Shown in pieces: positions 48,800 to 60,462 of a stretch of DNA of 64,000 bases (position 1 is its first letter; every line of letters starts with the position of its first letter). The translations under genes were made by a program, and so were the position numbers. This stretch comes from Octopus bimaculoides. Taxonomy: Eukaryota. The stretch lies in the NCBI RefSeq assembly GCF_001194135.2, contig NC_068994.1, positions 24,488,557 through 24,552,556 on the forward strand, in the 5' to 3' direction. The notes beneath the pieces are model-generated. The model did no database searches and was not told the DNA's origin. It worked only from the letters and a program-made list of their open reading frames with translations.

Positions 48800-51700
48800 A
48801 ACAGAAAGGTAATATTTATCCTCACTTAAACTATACTGTAGTAGTTACCATGAGAGAAACTCTCGTCTTGGTTTCTGGTGCAAAAATGCACTCTTGTCTT
48901 CTTCTTTCCATATGGAGAGCCAGGCTGGCAACCATATATTATTGATAATAAAACTAAAGCAAACATAAGGCAAGATGTTACAATGCTTCTACATAAAGTA
49001 TCTCTTACAGCAGTTAGAGATGGTGAGTTCAACCCAGTTATCCATGAAGCTCTTCCAGCAATGGGCAGTAGACTCTTACCTGCAAGTCTAAAGTAACAAT
49101 ATAAATTTTGTGATGAACTATCAACACAGGTTGAAAGTTGAACAATACTGTGGTCTTGCTGGTCATTTACGGAATGCTGCAAATGCTCAAGTAGGATACA
49201 CAGTTATCTTGCCTTCACCATTTCAAGGTTCTCCTAGGAATATGCATGAGTGCTATCAAGATACCATGGCTATTGTTTGCATATATGATCCTCCTGTTAT
49301 CTTCCTCACAATAACATGCAATCCTAATTGGCAAGAAATTAGAGAGAATTTACTTCCCGGCCAAACTTTATCAGATAGACCAGACTTGGTGGTCCATATA
49401 TTCAGTATAAAGCTGCATGAACTCTTGAATGACATCACTAAGAAACATTTATTTGGACAAGTCACTGCTTACTGCTTCACCATTGAATTTCAAAAGAAAG
49501 GCTTACCACATGCCCATCTATTGATCATTTTGCACCCTGATGATAAATTGGATGATCTTTAAAAAATTGATCAAATTGTCTGTGCCATGATCTCAGATCC
49601 TGTCACTGAACCTCTACTTCATGAAACAGTGAAAAGGTGCATGATCCATGGGCTCTGTGGTGATCTCAACCCTACTGCTCCCTGCATGGAAAATAACAAG
49701 AAATTAAAGAATTTCCAAAGGAGTATCAACAAGAGACACAGATAAACCCAAATGGTTACCCGTTGTACTGACGACGTCAGGGGGCATTAGTTCGAGTTTG
49801 CAACCATGCAATAGACAACCGATATATAGTACCCTACAATAAATATCTCTGCCATAAGTTCAGTGCTCACATTTGTGTTGAAATTTGCCTCTTTGTCTCC
49901 TCTGTGAAATATATTTACAAGGATATCTACAAGGGATATGACTCCATCAATCTTGACATCCATGAAGCAGTTTCAAACAATAAGATTGAGCATGATGAAG
50001 TACGCAACCATTTAAATGCTAGGTATGTGAGAGCTCCTGAAAATATGTGGCACCTGCTTGAGAATAAAATGCATGACAGATCTCATTCAGTTATTTGTCC
50101 GCCTGTCCATCTGTCACAAGAGCAACTTTTATGCTTTGAAGAGGTCAAGAGAAATAGGTACTTGAGAGAGCAATACAGAAGAACACACCACTAACAGCTT
50201 GGTATCTTCTGAATCAAACAGATGAAAATGCCTGGAACTTGCATTATTCGGATATTCTGTACAGTTATGTCTGCAATAAGCAGACTACTGTATGGAAACG
50301 CAGACAAAGAGGAGGTGATAAAGTCATCTCCAGATTGTACACTGTTAGCCCAAAGCATGAGGAGCGATTTTACTTGAGACTGTTGTTGCTATATGTTCCT
50401 GGAGGTCAAAGTTATGAGGATGTGAAAACAGTAGACGGTATAGTCTGCAACTAATTTAAAGAAGCTGCTCTCAGAAGAAATTTAGTTCAAAANNNNNNNN
50501 NNNNNNNNNNNNNNNNNNNNNNNNNNNNNNNNNNNNNNNNNNNNNNNNNNNNNNNNNNNNNNNNNNNNNNNNNNNNNNNNNNNNNNNNNNNNNNNNTGAA
50601 GGAGTTAATATTGTGCGGTGCACTGCATCCTTCACAGAAGCTCAGCGCCAGGTCTGCAAACACATTACTGCAGCCATCAATGACAATGAACAACAGAGTA
50701 GATTCTTTTCCCTCGATGGCCCTGGAGGTACGGGAAGACCTACCTGTACAATACATTGATAGCTTCTCTGAGAAGGCAAAACAAGTGTATCCTTTCCTAT
50801 GCTACTAAAGGCATAGCTGCTGATTTGCTCATTGATGGAAGGACAGTTCACAGTGGACTCAAGCTACCTGTCCCATTGCATGATAGTTCCACCCCTCACA
50901 TGAGAATCCCTTCAGAGTCCTCTGAAAAATTAAAGCAGGCTCACCTTTTAATTGTTGATGAAGCATCAATGTTATCATGCCATGCTCTGAGAGCCATTGA
51001 TCTGCTGCTGAAGCAAATAATGAATTCACTCAGACCATTTGGTGGAAAAGTGTTGCTACTTGGTGGAGACTTCAGACAAACTGCACCTGTCATCCCACAA
51101 GGATTCAATGCAACAGTAACTGAGTCATCAATTAAGCAGTCTCGTCTCTGACATTTCGTAACAAAACTCAGTTTGACAGAAAATATGCGCATGGCTGGGC
51201 AAGATGACTTCAACAGGTGGCTCTTAGAAGTTGGAAATGGAACCCTCTCCAACAATGAAGGGCTGGAAGAAAACCTCATAGAAATACCTTAAAACACAGT
51301 ATGTACAAACAACATTGTTAGAGAAATTTTGGAGAAAGAATTATTACTAGACAATGATGAGGTAGTTGAATGAGTGACATCAACAATCATTTTGACACCT
51401 AAAAACAAAGATTGTTTTCATATAAACACTGACATAATGTCCTTATTGCCTGGAGAGACAATGATCTGCAGAAGCCTTGACACCATAGTTGAAGAAAATA
51501 ACAAAGCTGTTACACATTATCCAGTGGAGTTTTTAAATTCACTGATACTTTCTGGGATGCCACCTCATATACTGACCTTGAAGAGGCATTCGATAGTCAT
51601 GTTGCTAGAGAGCTTTACTCAATGGGACCTGGATCTTAGTGCTGTCCATCAAGGATTTTTTCATTCATGGAAAAATACTTAGTGGAAGTAAGAAAAGAGA

Positions 51701-52091
51701 GGAGACCTTCATTCTGCGCATCAACCTCTGTCCTAGTGAGACAACCTTTCTCTTTAGTATGAGTAGATGACAGTTTCCTGTTATCCCAGCATTTGTAATG
51801 ACTATAAACAAATCACAAGAGCAGAGCTTCAATTATGTTGGTATCATCCTACCATCACCAGTAGTCAGCCATGGACAACTTTATGTTGCATTGAGTAGAA
51901 GTAGAAGTTGTAATAATATTAAAATGTTGGTAAAGGACCGTCCAAAACAAGATGAACTCATTGCTGGTAGGGTTTTCACTAGAGACATGGTGTTGAAGCA
52001 GTTACTGAGGCAAAGGTTGTAATGTTTTTATTTTAATTTTATTTTTCGTATCATTTTCATGCTGTCATTTCTGATGGCACAGATACACTAG
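48800..52091 (+). mobile_element. Helitron RepHel remnant (5'-truncated), spans gap N 50493-50596
   Basis: Rep motifs FLTITCNPNW, EFQKKGLPHAH (HUH) and KYIYK.IYKG. Pif1 motifs DGPGGTGKT, IVDEASM, GGDFRQT and TINKSQ.QS...[11 protein letters not shown]. The 3' hairpin GCTGTCA-tttc-TGATGGC (52061-52078) is followed by CTAG 52088-91 and T. Confidence 0.93.
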
Positions 52092-52298
52092 TAAGTAATG
52101 GTTTCACTAGTAAGTAATGGTTAAAAGCAGGAAACCAAAACAAGGATAGTTAAATAATATCTTGTATGTATAGTAGCTTCAATTTTCTTAAAATAAAAAT
52201 GGTGATAAACTTTTAAAATAACAGCAAAGTTGTCTTTTTCTTCTTATACTTTTTTTAACTTACTGCATATTATAATATATATTTTCTTTTGCTTTCAG

Positions 52299-52338
52299 GA
52301 ATCGGGATAATGAATATGTGACTATCACACAACCTTGA
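52299..52338 (+). CDS. Coding exon 5 (terminal; aa 418-430 plus TGA)
   Basis: Strong acceptor ATTTTCTTTTGCTTTCAG|G. Phase 2 completes AA|G = Lys and reads NRDNEYVTITQP* (TGA 52336-38). Short, so less certain than the other exons. Confidence 0.62.
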
Positions 52339-53145
52339 AAGTATTGGGTGCATTTTGACTTTCACTCTTCTGTGAAACAGATGTTTTCAATGGCATGTTG
52401 TTGCTGTTAGTGATGGCAATCATTGTTCAAAAGCACTACCACCAACTTCAAGTTATATTTCACCATTTACCAGAGGTTACTAAAATACAAAATGTCCAGC
52501 ATCTTTTCTTTATCTCTCTTTACACACACTTAGACAGGTCATTTTTAGATATAAATTTATCCTTATGATAGTTTTGGTAAAAACTACCTGAATATTGATT
52601 CTGTGCAAGTCAGCTGTATGATGATGAACATTGCTTGCAGTTTTACAAAGCAAGTGCCTTCACTTAACTATTCTTGCGTACTGTCTCATTTTCTGTGTAT
52701 ACATGTTAAGATTATCCTGTGCCAAGTTCTGAATTTGGCAACAAGGTTTCAGTTATTTTTATCAGTTTTAAAACATTGGCACAAGTGAAAGTATAGGAAG
52801 GCGTGTAATTGATTTTCATGATCTCATTTCATGCTTAGCACTTATTTCATCATTTCTTAGGAATGAAAGACAAAATCAGTTTTGGCAGCATTTGAACTTA
52901 TAGCATATCATTGTCAGCATCATCATCATCATCATCATCATCATCATTATCTTTTAATGTCAGTCTTCCATGCATGCATGGGTAGGACAGTTGACAAAAG
53001 CTGGCCAGGTAGAAGATTACCCCAGTGATGAAATTATTTTCTGAAAGGTTTTTAGTCCAGTATGCTACCTTTTTGACTGCAGAAAAAGAGTAGACAAGGC
53101 AATATATAATGACAGAAAAGTATTCATCAACTAATCTGGCATAAA

Positions 53146-53190
53146 ATTAAAGTCTAAAAATAAAAACCTGTGTATTGATTTGTATGTTTT
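53146..53190 (+). terminator. Candidate polyadenylation signal for the plus-strand gene
   Basis: ATTAAA 53146-51 and AATAAA 53159-64, followed by the GT/T-rich tract CCTGTGTATTGATTTGTATGTTTT. Confidence 0.35.
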
Positions 53191-53927
53191 TATGAAGAAA
53201 GATAGCAATCTGAATTATGGTTTGTGACAGCAAGAATATGGGGCACCATGCTGCAAATTGTAAAAATATGGAGTATTTTCTTTTCCTCAAAGCTGAGATG
53301 GCTTATGTCATTTCTCTTCTCACAAGTACAGACACAAGGAAACCAGCCTCTTCATGGTCACTTAATCTGCTGAAAATAGCAGCCAAATTCCTTTAAACAA
53401 TATTTCTACTGTCTTCAAAAAGAAAGAAGGCATTTGATGATACAGTCCTAAATAACCTTAAAAACAGCACAATTGTTAAGGCTAGAATGTCTTTGGTCAT
53501 TAGTCTATACAATCAAGACTGAAGTGTGATTAAACAACAGCAACCAAAATGTCTTTGCAAGTAATAAGCTACAAAAGAAGCTAAAATCTTCCACAGTATT
53601 CATTTATGGATTCTGATGTGACATAGGGAAAAGAAGTTTATGAGTTTTGTAAATGGAAACTTGTTATGGGGCTAACAGGAGAAAGCTTCAGAGAAAGAAC
53701 TCCGTTGGCCCATTCATTCCTGATACTCTAAGGGAGCTGAGCTCACTTGTCATGACTCCTTGATGTCTTACTGTTTTGAAATGCCACCTTTAATGGGGAT
53801 TAAACTCGGAATTGTTGAGTGAGCTTATTGCTAAGCCGCAACGAACACCACACAGACTTACACTTTCTTTCCGCCTATAGTTAGCAGCTTGCTGTATTCC
53901 ATTCCTTTTCAGTTCCATCTGTCATTT

Positions 53928-54160
53928 CTTATTTCTTTACTGCCCACAAGGGGCTACACACAGAGGGGACAAACAAGGACAGACAAACGGATTAAGTCGA
54001 TTACATCGACCTCAGTGCGTAACTGGTACTTATTTAATCGATCCCGAAAGGATGAAAGGCAAAGTCGACCTTGGCGGAATTTGAACTCAGAACGTAGCGG
54101 CAGACGAAATACCGCTAAGCATTTCGCCCGGCCTGCTAACGATTCTGCCAGCTCGCCGCC
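53928..54160 (-). mobile_element. tRNA-derived SINE family B (Deu/Nin-like core), young, with TSD
   Basis: Minus strand reads GGCGGCGAGCTGGCAGAATCG...GAGTTCAAATTCC...GCCTTTCATCCTTTCGGGATCGATTAAATAAGTACCAG; 10-bp direct repeat TCTGTCATTT at 53918-27 and 54161-70. Confidence 0.85.
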
Positions 54161-55486
54161 TCTGTCATTTCCATCTGTCATTTCTTTTCACCCATAATCA
54201 CCCATAACCACACTGAGCTCTTCTCAGCTGTTGCTATTCTTCTGCAACCCTTGATTCTGAGCTGTCAGTGTTAACTTTATATTTCTAGCATCAACAAAAT
54301 AAATACCAAGCATGTGCTAAGTTTGATTTTATCAACTAATGTTGGACCTTGTCCCAGAAATGAGGAAATAATTAATATTAGTAACTTGGTTTTTTCATTT
54401 GTTTCATTCACTTCAAATATCCATTCAAGTCTGAAATTATTTTAATTATTCTAAGCACATACTAAAATGTATTTTACTACATTTCTCCACTATTACACTA
54501 TACTAACCACTTTTACACATTACTTCATTATATTGTGCCAACCAGCAAGAGGAACGTCTATGTATTCATTGCTTGAAATTATACTCAAATTGCCCTTAAA
54601 TCATATCCTACTACCTGAAATAAAGAAGGATACCATCAGGGATTATTTATATTGATTACATTGTCGTCTTAGATATACAAACAGATGGAACCTCATTGAT
54701 CATATGTTTGACCTAATACTTATTATGCAACATTAAATTAAAAAAAAAGAACATTTAGATATCTTAATATTTTTTCTCTTCCTATTACATAGAACTATTT
54801 ACAACAATTAAAGCGATAGCAACTAAAATATTAATACCTTACTTCAGAACAAGACTGCATATTTATATACAGTCACCTTGAGAGATTCCTAATATATTTC
54901 TCAACTTCTTTATAAACCTGGAAGTGATGAAAAGCAAGTTGACTTTCAGAAAATTTGTACTCACAACATGTTTCTGAGTACTCTATTAATTTTGCATAAC
55001 AACAATCAAAATTAAATATCAGGAACAAACTGGAAATACTTAGTTTGAAAAAAACAAGTTTTGAATTATGGATAGTGAAGAAACACATTGCATAGTTTCC
55101 TAAGGCACTGATTAAGGCTAGAATATCTTTGATCATTGGTCAACACAGGTTTGCGCTGGGATTAAACAACAACAAACCTTTAAAAGAAGTTCTCAAAAGT
55201 AATAAGGTACAAAAGAAGCTATAACCTTCCCCAATATTCATTCATGGACTCTGATTTAGTGTGAGAAGAAATTACAAGCTGAAAGACAACATCAATATCA
55301 TTGTCTCCATGCAATGCAAAAGCGTTCAAAAAGGAGAAGTGAAACAATTTTTAAATAATTTTGTTTCTTTTTAAAACACTCTATCTCTGGACATTTGTAA
55401 AAGCTTTCACAAAGTGATTAAAAGTAAAGGGGTTGTAACTGTTGTTTGCCAGCACCACACTTGTCATATTTTATGAGTTATCCTAA

Positions 55487-55705
55487 GGTGGCATTGAGGT
55501 GGCAGAATCATTAGCACACCAGGCGAACTGCTCAGCAGCATCTCATCCATCTTTGCATTTTGAGTTTAAATTTCGCTGAGGTCGACTTTGCCTTTCTTCC
55601 TTTCAGGGTTGATAAAATAAGTACCATTTGAGCACTGGGGTCAGTGTAATTGACTTGCCCCCCTCTCCCAATATTTCTGGCCTTGTGCCTATAGTAGAAA
55701 GAATA
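55487..55705 (+). mobile_element. SINE family B
   Basis: GGCAGAATCATTAGC...GTCGACTTTGCCTTTCTTCCTTTCAGGGTTGATAAAATAAGTACC. Confidence 0.8.
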
Positions 55706-57216
55706 TTTCTGAGTTATCTTTGTAATCATTCATCTTCTCTGTTTGTAAATAAGTAACAGCTGTATATTGGGATTGAGTGTATGAAGTATGAACCTCACAT
55801 TTTTTTGTTAACTTTTCAAGTTATTCTGCAGTGATACAAAAATTCATGCTTCTAATGAGCCAAAGGTAAGTCAACATGAAAATATCAACATATAACTACT
55901 ATAACAATAGTAATAATAAGCTTTGTGCTTATATCAGAACTCAGTGATAATAATAATGACGATAATTTCTCACAAGTAATGATTGTTTCTTGCAATGTTT
56001 ACAAGAAGAAACATGATTCAGTAATGTTCTTGTCTTTTTGCAAAAGCATTAATAGCCTATTTGAATGAAATGGTTCTAACTGAAAAAAAATATGGATTTC
56101 AACTTATTCTACAGTTCTCACCTCTAAAAAATATGTATTATTTATTTTGTAACACTTAGTCATGGGAGTAAGGACAGTGCCTAAGACATTAATAGCTCAC
56201 CCAAACTGAAAACATCAGGGCAGTAAATGAAAACTTCAACCCTGGGGTTGGGAAAAGGCTTAATCAAGAATCTGGGACATGAAATATACTATCATCATCA
56301 TCCTTTTTACATCTGCTTTCCATGCTGGCATGGGTTGAACAGGTTATCAATGTTTGTGTCAGTCCTTATTTAGAGTTACTTCCCTCCGAGGAATGACCAG
56401 AAACGTTGCTTCACTCATTCATTTTCATTTGAGCATAGTTTCTATTAGATGCTTTACTTAATGCCAGACACTTTACTGAATGTACCAGGTGTATTTTTTT
56501 CCTGGCACTAACGCTAGAAAAGCTGTTATGCTCTTGACAAGACAAGACTATCCTCTTTGCTATATAATGTCTCTGTTCATCCACCACTTCACAGTGTTCT
56601 AAATGTACTTTATTGTAATACCTGTACTTGTACCAGGATCTTCACTGCTCTACATTGACTTGAATGTGAGGGAGAGAAGGAAAGCATTGACAATAGGGGT
56701 GAGAAACTGGAGAGCTAGTGCTGGAGAATAATGAGTAGTAATAAAGAAAATGTGTAAAAAGGGAAATAATAATGGCATGGTGTAAATGGCAGCTACATAT
56801 TTGCCAGTCAAAAATTAAGTGCAAGTAGTGAGTAACTGTTGGAATTGTGATGGATGTCAGTAAAAAGCAACAAATGTATGCTAGTAGGAGATAATGTTAG
56901 TAATGGATGATTGGTAAATGGAAATCATGCCAATTAAAGAGTGATCTCAGGGAGGGGGGGGGCATCGTGATAAACTCATATGTAAATATGTGAATACACA
57001 AATATATGCATGCAGACAATTATGTACACACACATAGAAGTATTTTAAATTTAGAAGTGCAAAATGATTATGTAAATGGTTAATCATAAATCAAAATCAG
57101 TTTATAAAGGTGATGTAAATGCAGTGAAAGCTATAATGGGAAAAGTTATAGTAATAATTGTTAATGATTATTTTTTTGAATTTTTATAACTTAAAAGAAA
57201 AAATTTTATACATGTA

Positions 57217-57570
57217 GGCACAGGAGTGACTGCGTGGTAAGTAGCTTGCTTACCAACCACATGGTTCCAAGTCCAGTGGCACTTGGGCAAGTGTCTTCTT
57301 CTATAGCCTCAGGTCGACCAAAGCCTTGTGAGTGGATTTGGTAGATGGAAACTGAAAGAAGCCCATCGTATATATGTCTGTGTTTGTCCCCCCAACATCG
57401 CTTGACAACCGATGCTGGTGTGTTTATGTCCCCGTAACTTAGCGGTTCAGCAAAAAAGACCGATAGAATAAGTACTAGGCTTACAAAGAATAAGTCCTGG
57501 GGTCGATTTGCTCCACTAAAGGTGGTACTCCAGCATGGCTACAGTCAAATGACTGAAACAAGTAAAAGAG
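57217..57570 (+). mobile_element. SINE family A, full length
   Basis: Near-identical to 47016-47401, with the B-box partly deleted. Confidence 0.88.
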
Positions 57571-57633
57571 TATGTATATAGCTAAACACAATGCATATGT
57601 GATCAATATACGCACAAAAGTTATAAATACATA

Positions 57634-58825
57634 CAAGGTCTGACCAGTAAGTATCTGGACTGGTGCTATAAAAAACAAAACTACAACACGTACCGATTTG
57701 GCATTTAATTTCTTTCAAAGTAGTCACACACTTAATCTAGCGCCGTTTCCATTGATGGAAGCATTCCTGGAACTCATTTTCTGGGATAATCAGCAGCTGC
57801 CTCATCATATTCTTCCCTTCAAGTGGGATTTGATATTTTGAAAGAGGAAAAAGTCTCAAGGGGGCGAGATCTGGGGAATGCTGTGCCTAGCCAAAAACTG
57901 CTGCGCTGAATAGAAATGCATTGTCATGGTGCAATTACCACTCACCAGACACATGTAGTCATGGCCTTTTCCAATGAATAGCATCACGGCTAGTACTCCT
58001 TGTTTACTGTCTGACCAGGTGGAGCATACTCATGATGAACCCTTGTAGTCAAAAAAAAAACGGTCAACAGTGTCTTCACATTGCTTTTATTTATTTTTGC
58101 TTTTGGTTTTTGAGATGTTGGAGTCTTCCACTGCGAAGACAGCCTTTGTCTCAGGGTCATAGCCATAGATTCACAATTCATCACCCATTATAACCGTTTC
58201 CAAAAAGTTTTCATTGTTTTTGACACAATCAAGGAGATCTTGTGCAACTAAAACCCAAGTGTCTTTTTGGTCAGCTGAAAGCAGTTTTGGCACAAACTTA
58301 GCAGACACCTACTCCCTACCCAAATCTTCAATGATAATGAACTGAACTATAACTAATCTGCACATCTGATAACTCACGGATGCTGATTCAACAACTTCTC
58401 TTCACAGCTGCATGCACATTTGCGATGTTTTTTTCAGTTCTGCTGGTTGCAGGTCTCCAAGAACATTCATTACTGTCAACATTTTTTCGGCCATCTTGGA
58501 AACATCTGAACCACTTGTGTGCAACTCATACACTTCTCTCCATATGCTTTCTGCAACTTTGTGTAGGCCTCTGAGCAGGTATTGCCAAATGACAAAAGTT
58601 GATGCAGAATCTCTGCTCAACTTACTCTGTCATGGTCAATGTGACGATCACATGCTACACATGTTCCTTCTAAGCACTGCTGTAAACAGCAGACATGACC
58701 TAGAACATTAAAACTTCGTGTGCATATACAGCAGAGTTGAAGATCAATCTGTGCCAAGCAGCTTTACTGTGTGCTTTAGTTTTGTTACTATGGCAACAGT
58801 CCGGATACTTATTGATCAGATCGCG
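57634..58825 (-). mobile_element. mariner DNA transposon, decayed
   Basis: Degenerate ~33-bp TIRs (consensus about CGAGGTCTGATCAATAAGTATCCGGACTG) with TA at 57632-33 and 58826-27. Remnants include QSSQWKTP...KSNVKTLLTVFF, EYAPPGQTVNKEY, HHDNA and SPDLAP. Internal deletions prevent counting the D-D spacing. Confidence 0.88.
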
Positions 58826-59065
58826 TACATGAAAAAGCATATAAATTATAAAATAGTATCACTAAGAACTTTCTACAAATAAATGTAATAGTGAATATAT
58901 ATGATTGATAAATTAATAGTAACAGCAATAATGATTAAGTAATAGATATATAATTAAAAAAATTAATGACTATGTTTTACTAATAATGAAGAAAACAATA
59001 TTCTTATATGTTAAAAATAGTGGAATGGAATGGGAGAGATTTGTAATGCATGGAATGGGCTAGTT

Positions 59066-59428
59066 TATTCTTTTACTTGTTTCAGTCATTTGACTGCAGC
59101 CATGCTGAAGCACTGCCTTTGGTTGAAGAAATGAACCCCAGGACTTATTCTTTGTTAGCCTAGTACTCATTCTATTAGTCGCTTTTGCCGAACCGCTAAG
59201 TTTCAAGGATGTGAACACACCAGTTGTCAATCGATGGCATGGGAGAGGGGACAAACACAGACACAGAAATAAAGATATATATACATATATGACAAGTTTC
59301 TTTCAGTCTACCAAATCCACTCACAAAGCTATAGTAGAAGACACTTGCCCAAGGTGTCATGCAGTGGAACTGAACCTGGAACCATGTGGTTGGGAAGCAT
59401 GCTTCTTACTACACAGCCATGCCTGCAT
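59066..59428 (-). mobile_element. SINE family A
   Basis: Reverse complement of the 47016 family (CTTTTACTTGTTTCAGTCATTTGACTGCAGCCATGC...ACACAGCCATGCCTGC). Confidence 0.85.
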
Positions 59429-60169
59429 CTACTAGTTTAGTAAACATTGTTTGTGTATTAGTACACGTGTAATCATATGCATTTATATTAGTTGGGATTT
59501 ACTGGTTGGCATAGTTTGAAGGATTCAAATGTCTGTAGGTCCTATACTTTCTATGAATGCAAGATGGAGTTTGTTATTTTATTTTTAAAAATGTCTTTAG
59601 AGAATATTTCCAAGCTTTCATATAAGCAAAAATCACATAGTTTTTCAGAGTTGGGTCTAGTTCTGGTGAGGATATTCCGCTAGATGTTATAAGGAAAAGA
59701 TTTACTTTTTATGGCATGGATATATTTAGCTAGTGATGTTTGGATAGCTCTGTTGCAATGTCTAAAGGAATAGCTGTGCAAATTAAATTAGATATGAACA
59801 AGTTTGAAGTGATACCAATATAGACACTGGATAAAGATTTGTCAACAGTAAATTTATAGACTGTGTACTAGCTAAACAGTTCTTGTTGAGTGGTAAATCA
59901 TTGGTGCTACTGAGATTGCTGTTGTTAGTAGAAAGGTTTTCACTTGTTTTTTAGCTTGTGAGCATGAGAAGAAGCAATAATCTGTTTGAAATTTGGAGAA
60001 GTCGAATAAGAAATCTTTACTGTATTTTTGGTCGAAAATTTTGCATTATTGATATATTTTATTAACTTTGTCGTCTCCACTTTGCATTGGAACATCATTA
60101 ATAGTAAGTTGAGTTATCATTAAAGATTTTTTTCATTAGGATAAAAAATTTTCCCCAAGTCATATAGAC

Positions 60170-60350
60170 TCATGGTGCATAAATTTCTCCCCCTGTATGG
60201 GATGCCAATCCATCACAGGAAATACTCATTTTTGAGTGGACTGGAACAACATGAAATGAAATATTTTGCCCAAGAAGACAATGCATCACTTGGTCCAAGA
60301 ACTGAAACCACAATCTTACAATCATGAGTTCAACACCCTAAGCCATGTGC
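60170..60350 (-). mobile_element. CORE-type SINE fragment
   Basis: GAGTGGACTGGAACAACATGAAATGAAATATTTTGCCCAAG. Confidence 0.5.
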
Positions 60351-60462
60351 CTCGACCTCTTTTTCATTAGCTAAAAGATTAAAAACGTTCTAAAATTTTT
60401 CTGGCTAAGCTAGTTATTGTGGATCTATGATAAATGGATGTTCATATATATATATATATATA

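Noticed and set aside
54560-54917. Possible minus-strand exons (acceptors at 54917 and 54614, donor GTAAGG at 54842) of a convergent gene
   Set aside because: The 75-nt exon has stops in all three frames and no consistent ORF could be chained. It could be non-coding, but the sequence alone cannot support that.
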